64,000 nucleotides of DNA from Kiritimatiellia bacterium. Its GTDB lineage: Bacteria > Verrucomicrobiota > Kiritimatiellia > RFP12 > UBA1067. A program made the translations under genes and the position numbers. Where the stretch lies: contig JAFXEU010000052.1 in the NCBI GenBank assembly GCA_017520845.1, forward strand, positions 93,968-157,967, in the 5' to 3' direction. This document shows positions 39,929 to 49,591 of this stretch, in pieces. A model generated the notes under the pieces. That model searched no databases, had not been told where the DNA came from, and was given only the letters and a program-made list of their open reading frames with translations. Numbering within the stretch: position 1 is the first letter of the stretch; the number at the start of each line of letters is the position of its first letter.

Positions 39929-39990
39929 TTATCAACAATATTATCAACAGTTGTTGATAAGTTGATAAGGTTGTTGATAACTGTTGATAA
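39929..39990. promoter_or_regulatory. Dense third cluster of TTATCAACA DnaA boxes
   Basis: TTATCAACA at 39929 and 39941; TGTTGATAA at 39952, 39972 and 39982; AGTTGATAA at 39960. Confidence 0.8.
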
Positions 39991-40034
39991 CTTCTCCCTT
40001 GTTAAATCCTGAATAATAGTCCATAATATATGTC

Positions 40035-40511
40035 GTGACAAATCTACATCCAGATATTTGCAGAAAAATTAATGATGCGCGCAGAGAACGCGGCATCTCT
40101 CAAAGCCTGCTTGCCAAAGAAGTGGGTTGTAAACAATCTGCACTGTCGATGTTTGAACAGGGTGACGGTACTAAGCTTAATGACGAAGTTATCAAAAAGC
40201 TTTGCGATAAGTTCGGTATTAAGTTATCTACAGAAAAAGCTGCCGTAGAAATTCCGGTTGCGCCCGCCGTTCAAAGGGTTTTTGAAGTTGAGAAGGGTTA
40301 TTGCCCTAATCCCAATTGTCCTTCCCATATAGCCTACGAGGTTGACGGGCGAAAATTCTTAAAGCCGGATCGTCGACTCCAGGATCCCGTGGGCGGAAAA
40401 TTCTGCGCGATATGCGGAGAAGTGCTTGAGAAGCGCTGCCCTAACTGCGGCTCGCTTGTTCACGACGGAGCCGTCTGTTCCATTTGCGGCGAAAGCTATA
40501 TTGCGATATAA
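40035..40511 (+). CDS. XRE-type HTH protein with double zinc ribbon
   Basis: RRERGISQSLLAKEVGCKQSALSMFEQG HTH; CPNPNC, CAIC, CPNC, CSIC. Confidence 0.85.
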   Translation: MTNLHPDICRKINDARRERGISQSLLAKEVGCKQSALSMFEQGDGTKLNDEVIKKLCDKFGIKLSTEKAAVEIPVAPAVQRVFEVEKGYCPNPNCPSHIAYEVDGRKFLKPDRRLQDPVGGKFCAICGEVLEKRCPNCGSLVHDGAVCSICGESYIAI

Positions 40512-40590
40512 TATTTCAGTTCAAATAAAAGTAGCGTGAGAATCGTAACGATTATACGGGTACGCGACTTGATAATAGAAGGAGTATAGA

Positions 40591-41370
40591 ATGAAGAAAT
40601 TCATTGTCTGTTGTTTCAGTATTATTGTTGCCGCGATATCCGCATTCGCGGCGGCGGACCAGGGCGCTAAGATAGATCCTTTCGACGCGGAGCTACTGGA
40701 GCCCAGATATTTTGCGGATGATGATCATCCTAACGGCGTAGAGTTTCTTCCTCCTCCCCCCGGATGGACGTCGGATCTTTTTACGGGCGACTATGTCGGC
40801 TACCTCTGGGGCAAGACCGTTCGCGGAACGGAGCGCGGCAAAAAGGCGGTCATTCAATCCACGTTTCTTGTGGATGATTTCGTAGCGTTGTTTAATGATG
40901 CGTTCGGTTATGAAATTTCACGCGAGAAGACGCCTGCGATTTACAAGGTTCTGCGTAAAAGTCTAATTACCGCCCGCCTCGCTTCTCTTAAACCGAAAAG
41001 AAGTTTTAAACGCACGCGTCCTTTTGTTAGATACAATGAACCTACTCCCGTTCCCGAGACCGAAGAGAGGCTGCGCAATAACGGTTCGTATCCGTCAGGC
41101 CATTCTCTTCGCGGGTGGTGCATGGCGCTGCTGTTGGTTGAGATAAATCCGGATTGCCAGAATAAGGTTTTAAAGCTTGGTCACGAGTGGGGAGAGAGCC
41201 GTGTAATTATCGGGTATCATTGGAAGAGCGATGTTGAGGCGGGTCGCGCGTTGGCGAGCGCCGTTTACGCGAGACTCCACACTTCCGAGGAATTTCTTTT
41301 GGATATGGCCGCCGCGCGCGAAGAGTTCAAGCGAATCAAAAGCAAGTCTGAAAAAGCTGACAAAAAATAA
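40591..41370 (+). CDS. Class A acid phosphatase (PAP2 family)
   Basis: KRSFKRTRP, SYPSGH, SRVIIGYHWKSD motifs; signal peptide. Confidence 0.9.
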   Translation: MKKFIVCCFSIIVAAISAFAAADQGAKIDPFDAELLEPRYFADDDHPNGVEFLPPPPGWTSDLFTGDYVGYLWGKTVRGTERGKKAVIQSTFLVDDFVALFNDAFGYEISREKTPAIYKVLRKSLITARLASLKPKRSFKRTRPFVRYNEPTPVPETEERLRNNGSYPSGHSLRGWCMALLLVEINPDCQNKVLKLGHEWGESRVIIGYHWKSDVEAGRALASAVYARLHTSEEFLLDMAAAREEFKRIKSKSEKADKK

Positions 41371-41384
41371 ACGGATAAAAAATC

Positions 41385-44006
41385 ATGAAGAGAGTTTTAC
41401 TTGCTTTTGCTTTTGCGGTTGTTTCGCTTTTTGCCGCACATGGTGCGGATAAGAATGTCAATACCTTTGAAGTCGGCGACGGAGAGTTTCTTCTTGACGG
41501 GAAGCCGTTCGTGATCCGTTGCGGTGAGATGCACTTCGCGCGTGTACCCAAGGCGTATTGGCAGCATCGTTTGAAAATGATCCGAGCCTGCGGCTTTAAT
41601 GCCGTCTGCGCGTATATGTTCTGGAACTATCACGAGATGACGGAAGGTAAAATCGACTTTACCGGCGATCGCGATGTCGCCGAATTCTGCCGCCTCGCTC
41701 AAGCCGAAGGGTTGTGGGTTATTTTGCGTCCGGGTCCATACACGTGCGCGGAGTGGGATCTCGGGGGGCACCCCTGGTGGCTTTTGGTCAAGGACGGAAT
41801 TCGTCTTCGCTCGACCGATCCTAAATATATGGTCCCCGCTAAGCGCTATCTCGCGGCGGTCGGGCGCGAGCTCGCGCCGCTTCAGATCACGAAGGGCGGA
41901 CCGATCATCATGGTTCAGGCCGAGAATGAATACGGTAGCTACGGCGACGATCCCGGTTACATGCGCGAAATCTGGAAGGCCCTTAAAGACGGAGGATTTG
42001 AAGTTCCGCTTTTTGCGTGCAATGGGCGTGGCGCGATAAAGAAAGGCTACATTCCCGAGTTGCTTCCAATTGTAAATTTTGGATCCAATCCCGAGGCCGC
42101 TTTCGCGGAACTTAAAGAGCTCTCTCCCAAGAGTCCTTTGATGTGCGGCGAGTTTTATCCCGCATGGTTCGATTCGTGGGGGAAGATTCATCACGTCAAG
42201 AGCGCCGATGACTGCTTAAGGGATCTTAAGTACATGCTTGAACACAAGGCGAGCTTCTCGGTTTACATGGCTCACGGCGGAACTACGTTCGCCTGGTGGG
42301 CCGGGTGCAATTGGCCTTTCGTTCCCGAGGTTTCAAGCTACGATTACGACGCGCCCATTTCTGAAGCCGGTTGGACTAACGAAAAGTTTTTCGCGATGCG
42401 TAATCTCTTTGCGCAATTCTTAAACCCGGGCGAGACAATTCCTGAGCCGCCCGCTCCAATGCCGCTTCAAAAAGGCTCCGCTAAGTTGATAGCGAAGAGC
42501 GCGAATATTTATGATCTCGCTTCAGTGTCGAAGAGGCTCGAAAGCGACTCTCCCATAATATTCGAAAAGGCGGGGCTCGGCTACGGTCTCGCCGTTTACG
42601 AAACTTCGATTCCCGCGAATATGGGCGGTGAGCTTAAAGCGGACGTGCGCGACCTTGGCGTTGTCAGAGTCGACGGAGTTGAGATGGGATTTCTCGATCG
42701 CCGCGATCCTAAGGTCACCGTTAAAATTCCGGCTTCTTCAAAACAGCGCAAACTCGAAATTCTTGTCGAGCCGATGGGGCGCTATAATTTTTCCGAGAAA
42801 ATGCACGAGGGCATAAAGGGTATCGTCGGCGACGTCAGACTTGACGGTAAAGTTCTTAAGGATTGGAAGACAGCTTACTTTACATACGATGAAGCGGTCG
42901 ATTCCCCCAAGTTCGGCGAAGAGCGCGATTTAGCGTCGCTTAAGTCGACAAGCGCCGGAAGCGTCCATAAAATCAAAGTCAATCTTGAAGGCGGCAAGGA
43001 TACGTTCCTCGATATGAGCGGTTTCCGCCGCGGGCTCGTAAGACTCAACGACCGCTGGCTCGGCCGCTATTGGGCAATCGGGCCGACTCAGACTATGTAT
43101 GTTCCCGGCTGCTGGATAAAGGACGGAGAGAATGAACTTACGATAATCGATACGGTCGGCTCGTTCATGAAGCCCAAATCGAAACTCATTTGGCGCTCGG
43201 AGCCGATACTCGACGTCAATTGCGTCGAGAATGATTACTTCAAACATGAACTGCGTAAAACGAGAGTCGGGCTTGACGCGTGGAAGGGAATGAAAGTCGC
43301 TTTCCTCGGAGACTCCATCACCGATCCCGCCCACATCGCCTGCACGAGCAACTACTGGAATTTCATGATCGACGATCTCAATCTTGATGCGAAGGTTTAT
43401 GGTGTGAGCGGCTGCACGTGGAAGGGACTTCCCGATCAGATCAATCGTATTCACGAATCAATGGATACGGATTTTGACGCGATTTTCGTTTTCCTCGGAA
43501 CGAACGATTACAACGCTAATGTTCCGCTCGGCGAATTTTACGATTATCGCGACGAGGAGACGAACCGCAACGGAAAGAAAGTGGTATTGAAGCGCCGTTA
43601 TTTAAACCGCGACGTTTCCGTTTTTGCGGGTAGGATCAATTTCGCGATGAATCGTCTTAAGTCGGAATTCCCGCAGTCGCAGATTATTTTGCTGACTCCT
43701 CTCCACCGCGCGTTCTTCAAATATAATGAAACGAATGTCCAGCCGCCCGAGTCGTTCCCGAACGAGCTAGGCCTTTACATCGACGAATATGTCGACATGC
43801 TTAAGCGCGCCGCTCAGATCTGGTCTGTTCCCGTAATTGATCTTTTCGGCGAGTCAGGTCTCATTCCCGAGAATGACAGCTATGGAGTTCTTTATTTCGG
43901 CAACTCAAAGACCGATCGTCTTCACCCGAACACGAACGGCCATAGACGCATCGCCGATCTCATCGAGGCTAAGCTCAACGTGCTCCCCGCGTCGTTCCGC
44001 AGATAG
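41385..44006 (+). CDS. GH35 beta-galactosidase fused to a C-terminal SGNH/GDSL esterase
   Basis: GEMHFARVP, RPGPYTCAEW, QAENEYG, CGEFY, YDYDAPI; C-terminal FLGDSIT, GTND, DRLHPN. Confidence 0.92.
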   Translation: MKRVLLAFAFAVVSLFAAHGADKNVNTFEVGDGEFLLDGKPFVIRCGEMHFARVPKAYWQHRLKMIRACGFNAVCAYMFWNYHEMTEGKIDFTGDRDVAEFCRLAQAEGLWVILRPGPYTCAEWDLGGHPWWLLVKDGIRLRSTDPKYMVPAKRYLAAVGRELAPLQITKGGPIIMVQAENEYGSYGDDPGYMREIWKALKDGGFEVPLFACNGRGAIKKGYIPELLPIVNFGSNPEAAFAELKELSPKSPLMCGEFYPAWFDSWGKIHHVKSADDCLRDLKYMLEHKASFSVYMAHGGTTFAWWAGCNWPFVPEVSSYDYDAPISEAGWTNEKFFAMRNLFAQFLNPGETIPEPPAPMPLQKGSAKLIAKSANIYDLASVSKRLESDSPIIFEKAGLGYGLAVYETSIPANMGGELKADVRDLGVVRVDGVEMGFLDRRDPKVTVKIPASSKQRKLEILVEPMGRYNFSEKMHEGIKGIVGDVRLDGKVLKDWKTAYFTYDEAVDSPKFGEERDLASLKSTSAGSVHKIKVNLEGGKDTFLDMSGFRRGLVRLNDRWLGRYWAIGPTQTMYVPGCWIKDGENELTIIDTVGSFMKPKSKLIWRSEPILDVNCVENDYFKHELRKTRVGLDAWKGMKVAFLGDSITDPAHIACTSNYWNFMIDDLNLDAKVYGVSGCTWKGLPDQINRIHESMDTDFDAIFVFLGTNDYNANVPLGEFYDYRDEETNRNGKKVVLKRRYLNRDVSVFAGRINFAMNRLKSEFPQSQIILLTPLHRAFFKYNETNVQPPESFPNELGLYIDEYVDMLKRAAQIWSVPVIDLFGESGLIPENDSYGVLYFGNSKTDRLHPNTNGHRRIADLIEAKLNVLPASFRR

Positions 44007-44614
44007 AAAACATCAAGTGTCAATGACAATAGCGGACCGAAATACCGAAGACAGAGAGTATCGGGCACTTTCCGCTGCGTGAGACCATTATCCGCGTTAT
44101 CTTTTCGCTCTCCGTTGCAATTCAACCCGACGACCGGGCGGTGGATATTCCATTACGTCCCTTGCGCACATGTCTATCGTGTAATGGGCGAGGCGGTCGC
44201 CAAGGCGTTTTCGTACGGCAGGGAGATCGGCCATTAAGCCGCGCATGGGAGAAATTTGAAAATGGGGAGAGTATGAAACCCGAGACAATACCGATGACGA
44301 TGGCGATTCGCGCGCTTAAGGCCGCGCTTCCCGAAACGGAGCGCGTCTCCGTCGCGATATGACATCCGGCGAGCGGAGCAACGGAAGGTTGAAGTTCGCC
44401 GGGTCTTCAATGTTAATGTTGCATTTGCGAAGGTAAAGACCGGTATCTAACAGAATGAGTTTATTGGATTTATGATTGATTCCGTCTTAACCGATGACGA
44501 GGATGTGTTTTCCTTCTGTGTTGATTCGTGAGCCGTTGGGTTTGACGTCTTTCAGGATGAAATATCACTCATTCACTCAAAAATGGTATAATATCGGCAT
44601 AGAATCAGTATAAT

Positions 44615-44886
44615 ATGAGTGCGAGCGAAAATCAGATTATCGTCTATCAGCCGAACGAGACCATCCGGCTGGATGTGCGTTTGCAGAAATGTTATCAGTG
44701 TGGGACTGTTGCCAGTAGCCAATTCCAATTTCCAATGAAGGAGACGGCATGATGGCGACTACAATGGCAATTGGCAACATTGGAATTGGCAACACTTCCA
44801 GATTGGCAACATTCAATAAATGCTTCGGCTTCATCAAGATGGACGCGGGCGAGATTGAGCGCATCAAGAAGGCGGCGTTTGTGTAG
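44615..44886 (+). pseudogene. RhuM/ORF6N-family gene remnant with its centre replaced by TTGGCAACA-rich repeats
   Basis: MSASENQIIVYQPNETIRLDVRL start; the 3' end (44817-44886) duplicates the end of the neighbouring ORF6N gene (CFGF.KMDAGEI.RIKKAAF). Confidence 0.65.
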
Positions 44887-44916
44887 TAAAGTTGCAATAT
44901 GAAAGGCAAGACGATA

Positions 44917-45899
44917 TGATGTCTGACGATAAAGCCACGACAAGGGCGAATCTTTCGTCCGATAAAATCCAGCGGAGCATTCTCACGATGCGTGGGGTTC
45001 AGGTCATGCTTGACAGGGACTTGGCTGAACTTTACGGCGTCCCCGTAAAACGTCTCAACGAGCAAGTACGACGGAACATGGATCGTTTCCCTGACGGTTT
45101 CATGTTTCAGTTGTCGGCATCAGAGTTTGCAGACTTGAAGTCGCAGATTGCGACTTCAAGTCCAGAAGGGGAGTTGGAACACTTGAAGTCGCAGATTGCG
45201 ACTTCAAGTTGGGGTGGTGTCCGCAAGCCGCCGAAGGTCTTTACCGAGCAAGGCGTTGCAATGCTTTCTGCCGTTCTGAATTCGCAGACGGCGGTATCGG
45301 TTTCCATCGCCATAATGGATGCATTCGTCAAGATGCGGCATTTTTTGGTCGCCAATGCCGAAGTTGTCTGCCGCATGAACATATTGGAAAAACGCCAGAT
45401 TGCGACGGACGCGAAGGTTGATGAAATTCTTCGGCGCATCGATGTCGCTGAGCCGCCGTTGCAGGGCGTGTTCTATGACGGGCAGTTGTGGGACGCGAGG
45501 GCGTTGGTGCTGAAGCTGATCGGAAGCGCGAAGAAGTCGCTTATTCTGATCGACAACTGGGCGACGGCGGAAACTCTTGACCTGTTCGCCAAGAAGCGCA
45601 AGGGTGTTAAAGTGACTATTATCACCTCGGAGCATTACGACAAAAAGCATGTGCCGCACCGCAAGATTTCGGACGCCGACATCGCGACCTTCAACGCGCA
45701 GTATCCGCATCTCGTAGTTCGCTACAATGAAACCTTTCACGATCGCTTTCTGATTGTCGATGACAAGGAACTTTATCTGATAGGTGCGTCACTGAAAGAT
45801 TTGGGCAAAAAGTGCTTTGGCTTCACCAAGATGGACGCGGGTGAGATTGACCGCATCAAGAAGGCGGCATTTGAGGGAATATTTAATCACAAATCATGA
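44917..45899 (+). CDS. ORF6N-domain DNA-binding protein with C-terminal PLD-like domain
   Basis: RGVQVMLDRDLAELYGV..KRLNEQVRRN..RFP..FMFQL, FTEQGVAMLSAVLNS, FYDGQLWDA, FHDRFLIVD...IGASLKDLG. Confidence 0.9.
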
Positions 45900-45953
45900 A
45901 ATACGCAGAATATACGAAAATATGGTATAATATCGCCATAAAATCAGTGTGAT

Positions 45954-46079
45954 ATGCGTGTGAGGGAAAACCAAATCGTCGTCTATCAGCCGAACAAATC
46001 CGTCCGGCTGATTGTGAGGCTCACGAATAAGGCAGTATTTATGTCGATAGTGCAACAACTTAGGGCAGAGGTACACTGA
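45954..46079 (+). pseudogene. Second RhuM N-terminal remnant (41 codons) ending 2 nt before the NurA start
   Basis: MRVRENQIVVYQPNKSVRL is paralogous to 44615; both follow the same TGGTATAATATCG upstream element. Confidence 0.6.
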
Positions 46080-46081
46080 AT

Positions 46082-47227
46082 ATGGGAGGCGTAACACAAG
46101 CGCTTGAGAAAATAACTGGGCGACATTGTTTTGAAACCTATCGCCGGTGTCTTGACAAGGAGAGGCAGTCTCTCCTTGAATATGACTATTGCGATCAGGA
46201 GTTCATGGCGCAACAGGGAGAATCGATCCGTTATGAAGGGGCGCGTGACATTTCGTCAATAGCGGCTGATTGGTTAGGGCACGATCCGGCATTTAAGTTG
46301 TTCTTGGATGGCTCGCGAAGGACATATAAAATTGTAGATATGCCGATTGGGTCACAGGTCTTTCCAATCGTGGCTGGGCAGGTTGGTGTGGGCGTATGCA
46401 AAAGAGAGGTTCGGCGTGTTACTCCCTGCGAACTTATGTTTGATATTGTTCTGGCGGTTCCAGATAAAATCAATCCTGATGGCGGTGGGTCGCGACAGAA
46501 CGCGGCGTATTGCGCAGATCTCCTCGATAAACTTAATCGAGAGCAGAATCGCGTACGAATCAATGATATTATTTTCTATTCTTCGCAGTTGAGAGACAGG
46601 GAGAATTTCGAGGACAAGGCTGTCTCGCGTATTCAGGAATATATGATCACTCATGAGAAGGCTATGGTTGATAGGCTTGTCCAAAAGCGGATTCTGACTG
46701 ATCGCTCATGGTTGATTAAGGATGGATCTCTTGAGTACTCTAAAGTTGCCGACAAGGAAGACAAGTTCTCTTTCAATCGAATTCGTAATAACTTTCGCCG
46801 TGTAGTGGGTGTGTCAAAATCATTCAATCCTGAATTGGCGAAACTCAAGAGCAACAAGAGTGCAGCTGGGCTTATTGCGCGCTTGCAGGCATGCGAGCGA
46901 ACTCCCGCTGCTATGTACAAGAGTGAGCGTCTAGGTTTTTCGGCGTTTGCTGTTTGGTATCTACGTCTTCGTAAGCCACGATATGGTAGAGGCCCATTTG
47001 ATGGGATTGTGAAGGTAGAGAAGGTCCTAATTACTGACCATGAGAAAGAATTTGGTTTGGAAAGTTCTGAAGTAGATAATATTAGTGCCTGGCTGTTGAA
47101 CGAGCGCAATCCAGTATGTTATGGCAAGGATAGCCGTTGGGCGAATCATCTTTATCCCGTGTATTTGACAGAAGCATATGTGAAAAGCAAATATCGCGGC
47201 GAGCAACATTTCGTCAATCTTTTTTAG
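46082..47227 (+). CDS. NurA-like nuclease
   Basis: FLDGSRR, IKDGSL, VVGVSKS, RWANHLYPVYLTE..KS (RNase H-fold D..D..H/E pattern); immediately upstream of HerA. Confidence 0.75.
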   Translation: MGGVTQALEKITGRHCFETYRRCLDKERQSLLEYDYCDQEFMAQQGESIRYEGARDISSIAADWLGHDPAFKLFLDGSRRTYKIVDMPIGSQVFPIVAGQVGVGVCKREVRRVTPCELMFDIVLAVPDKINPDGGGSRQNAAYCADLLDKLNREQNRVRINDIIFYSSQLRDRENFEDKAVSRIQEYMITHEKAMVDRLVQKRILTDRSWLIKDGSLEYSKVADKEDKFSFNRIRNNFRRVVGVSKSFNPELAKLKSNKSAAGLIARLQACERTPAAMYKSERLGFSAFAVWYLRLRKPRYGRGPFDGIVKVEKVLITDHEKEFGLESSEVDNISAWLLNERNPVCYGKDSRWANHLYPVYLTEAYVKSKYRGEQHFVNLF

Positions 47228-47237
47228 GAGGTTTGTC

Positions 47238-48923
47238 ATGGAGAGAAAGGTTATAGGCAAAGTCGCGGCACTCGAGAACAACCCGAGTACGATTGACCAT
47301 TTTTACTTCTGGACAGACAAAGATACGCTTTTAAATCCATTCGATGTCGTAGTTGTAGAGCATGTCAGAGGTAGCAAGACATATGGCGTAGTTGAGGAGA
47401 TTTCACATATAACGGATTCTGAGAGTTTTCTAGGCGAATACTTCTCGAATGATTTTGGTTCTTTGGACGTTGTCCCTAATACTGAGCGCGTCGGAATGAA
47501 CTTTGTGCTTGCGCGTGTGGTCAAGAACACTCAGAATATCTATATTCCGGTGCAGAATGGACAGCGGGTGTCGTTGGGAGGTCGTGAAGACATAGAGGAG
47601 GCTTTGGGTCTTGACGAGGTGAAAAACAAGACGGTTTGCGGGTATCTGCAGATGTATGAAGGAGTTGACGGTGCCGAGGTGGATTTGCCTGTGTATGTGA
47701 ACTCGGATTTCCTGATAGGCCCCGAGGGCGCGCACTTGAACATTTCCGGAATCTCTGGTTTGGCCACAAAAACTTCTTATGCAATGTTTCTTCTGAACGC
47801 TTTGCAGCAGAAGTACATGGCGACCAAGGAGAAGAAGTCTGTTGCTTATATCTTCTTAAATGTTAAGGGACGCGACCTTCTGACAATTGACCAGCCAGGA
47901 CAGTCATTAAGTGATTTTGACAAAGCCATGTATAAAGACATGGGATTGGAGGAGAAACCGTTTCAAAACGTTCGGTATTTTTATCCTTACGGTGGGCGTG
48001 ATACGATTAAGAGTTATGTTAGGCCCGAAGTGTTCGAAGTGCAACGCAAGGCAAAGCGAGCGAAGAAGTTTAAGTTTTCTTTCAAGGAAGATAAGGAAAA
48101 CCTTGATCTGTTGTTCTCGAATGTGGATGACCCAACGCAAACGATGGAGTCGATCATCAACTTTATTGTTTCGGAGCAAAAGCCATTTAATACGGTTGAT
48201 TCGTGGGACAGCATGCTTGAAGCAATCCAAGAAATGGGAGAGAAGGGAGGTTCGGCGGCCAGCAAGGAAATTTCGGTCATGAGTTGGCGTAAATTTAAAC
48301 GGATCGTTAAGAAGTCTATATCAATTGACAAGATGTTTACGGATGAAGTACGTCCGGAGAAAGATGAGGTTCGTCTTGAGTCCGCAATTCGTGGCATAAA
48401 ACCAAATGAAGTGTTTGTGATAGATGTCGCTAAGCAAGACGAGAATATGCAGGCGTTTGTATTTGGCGCGGTTATGCAGGCTGTGACGCGGTTGAAACTT
48501 GGTGACTTTGATGAGGACATGACGGCGGAGGAACGCAAGCAGGTGCCGGACCGGATTGTGTTGTTTGTTGATGAGCTTAATAAGTATGCTGCGGCCGATG
48601 CGCCGAAGTCGTCGCCTATTCTGCGTCTGCTCCTTGACATTGCGGAGCGCGGCCGATCATTGGGTATTGTTCTGTTCTCGGCAGAACAGTTCAAGAGTTC
48701 GATCCACAAGCGCGTTTCTGGCAATTGCTCGACCCACGCATACGGGCGGACGAACAGCGTTGAGGTCTCGGATAAGACCTATTCGTTCGTGCCGAACACA
48801 TACAAGAATATGATGACACGCCTTAAACAGGGGCATTATATAATTCAGAATCCAGTTTTTCATTCATTGCTCAAAGTGCGCTTCCCTATGCCACTTTACA
48901 AACAGGACAAGGGGGATAATTGA
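47238..48923 (+). CDS. HerA-family ATPase/translocase
   Basis: N-terminal HAS-barrel-like region, AHLNISGISGLATKTSY variant Walker A, FNVKG-like FLNVKGRDL, LFVDELNKYA Walker B, IAERGRSLG Arg finger. Confidence 0.9.
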   Translation: MERKVIGKVAALENNPSTIDHFYFWTDKDTLLNPFDVVVVEHVRGSKTYGVVEEISHITDSESFLGEYFSNDFGSLDVVPNTERVGMNFVLARVVKNTQNIYIPVQNGQRVSLGGREDIEEALGLDEVKNKTVCGYLQMYEGVDGAEVDLPVYVNSDFLIGPEGAHLNISGISGLATKTSYAMFLLNALQQKYMATKEKKSVAYIFLNVKGRDLLTIDQPGQSLSDFDKAMYKDMGLEEKPFQNVRYFYPYGGRDTIKSYVRPEVFEVQRKAKRAKKFKFSFKEDKENLDLLFSNVDDPTQTMESIINFIVSEQKPFNTVDSWDSMLEAIQEMGEKGGSAASKEISVMSWRKFKRIVKKSISIDKMFTDEVRPEKDEVRLESAIRGIKPNEVFVIDVAKQDENMQAFVFGAVMQAVTRLKLGDFDEDMTAEERKQVPDRIVLFVDELNKYAAADAPKSSPILRLLLDIAERGRSLGIVLFSAEQFKSSIHKRVSGNCSTHAYGRTNSVEVSDKTYSFVPNTYKNMMTRLKQGHYIIQNPVFHSLLKVRFPMPLYKQDKGDN

Positions 48924-48924
48924 A

Positions 48925-49587
48925 ATGTCGGATAGATGTGACAACGGTTGTTGTAACATTAAAGAGCTTGCGCAATGGTTTTGGCCAGTGTTCAAGGATT
49001 TGTGCAAAAGACATAAGTTGCTTGTGTTTGTATGTGGGGTGTGGTATGGGTACGTTGGGTGGCGTGATAAGAAGTCTAATAACCCATTTCTTTGGGCAGT
49101 GAAATCATTTTTGAAAGGATTTGATTGTAAGTTCTTATCGTGTATGATCCTTTGCTTGCTTGTGTCAGAAATTCCATTTGTTGTAACATTGGTCAACGGC
49201 AAGTGGGATTTTAGTAGTGTAGCATTGATTGTGCCGTTATTTTCTGCGTTGCCAGCATTGATGGGGATGGTCTTGTTAGATTATCTTTTAGAGCCTGATC
49301 TTAGTCGCACGATTTTATTCCCGGCGATATTGGCAATGATTTTCATGGCATTATTTGGATATTATTACGGTGCAGTAAAGCCAAGTCTTGCCGGAATATA
49401 TGTTGTTACGATGTGTGTCTTTTTTATGTCATGGTGCATTAAGGTGGGAGATCAACGAATGATAGAAAAGAACGATGATGCACAAAGCGTACTACCTAAT
49501 GTGGCGAACGCGACACCGGATATTTCACATCAAGACGTGGTTCAGAGAGGCTCGAAAACGATAACCATAAACCGTCCTAAAGGGTGA
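48925..49587 (+). CDS. Hypothetical multi-pass membrane protein
   Basis: About four hydrophobic segments; starts 1 nt after the HerA stop; AT-rich. Confidence 0.7.
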   Translation: MSDRCDNGCCNIKELAQWFWPVFKDLCKRHKLLVFVCGVWYGYVGWRDKKSNNPFLWAVKSFLKGFDCKFLSCMILCLLVSEIPFVVTLVNGKWDFSSVALIVPLFSALPALMGMVLLDYLLEPDLSRTILFPAILAMIFMALFGYYYGAVKPSLAGIYVVTMCVFFMSWCIKVGDQRMIEKNDDAQSVLPNVANATPDISHQDVVQRGSKTITINRPKG

Positions 49588-49591
49588 TTCT

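Noticed and set aside
44050-44560. Small ORFs after the GH35 gene
   Set aside because: No motif or clear RBS; probably decayed sequence at the island edge.
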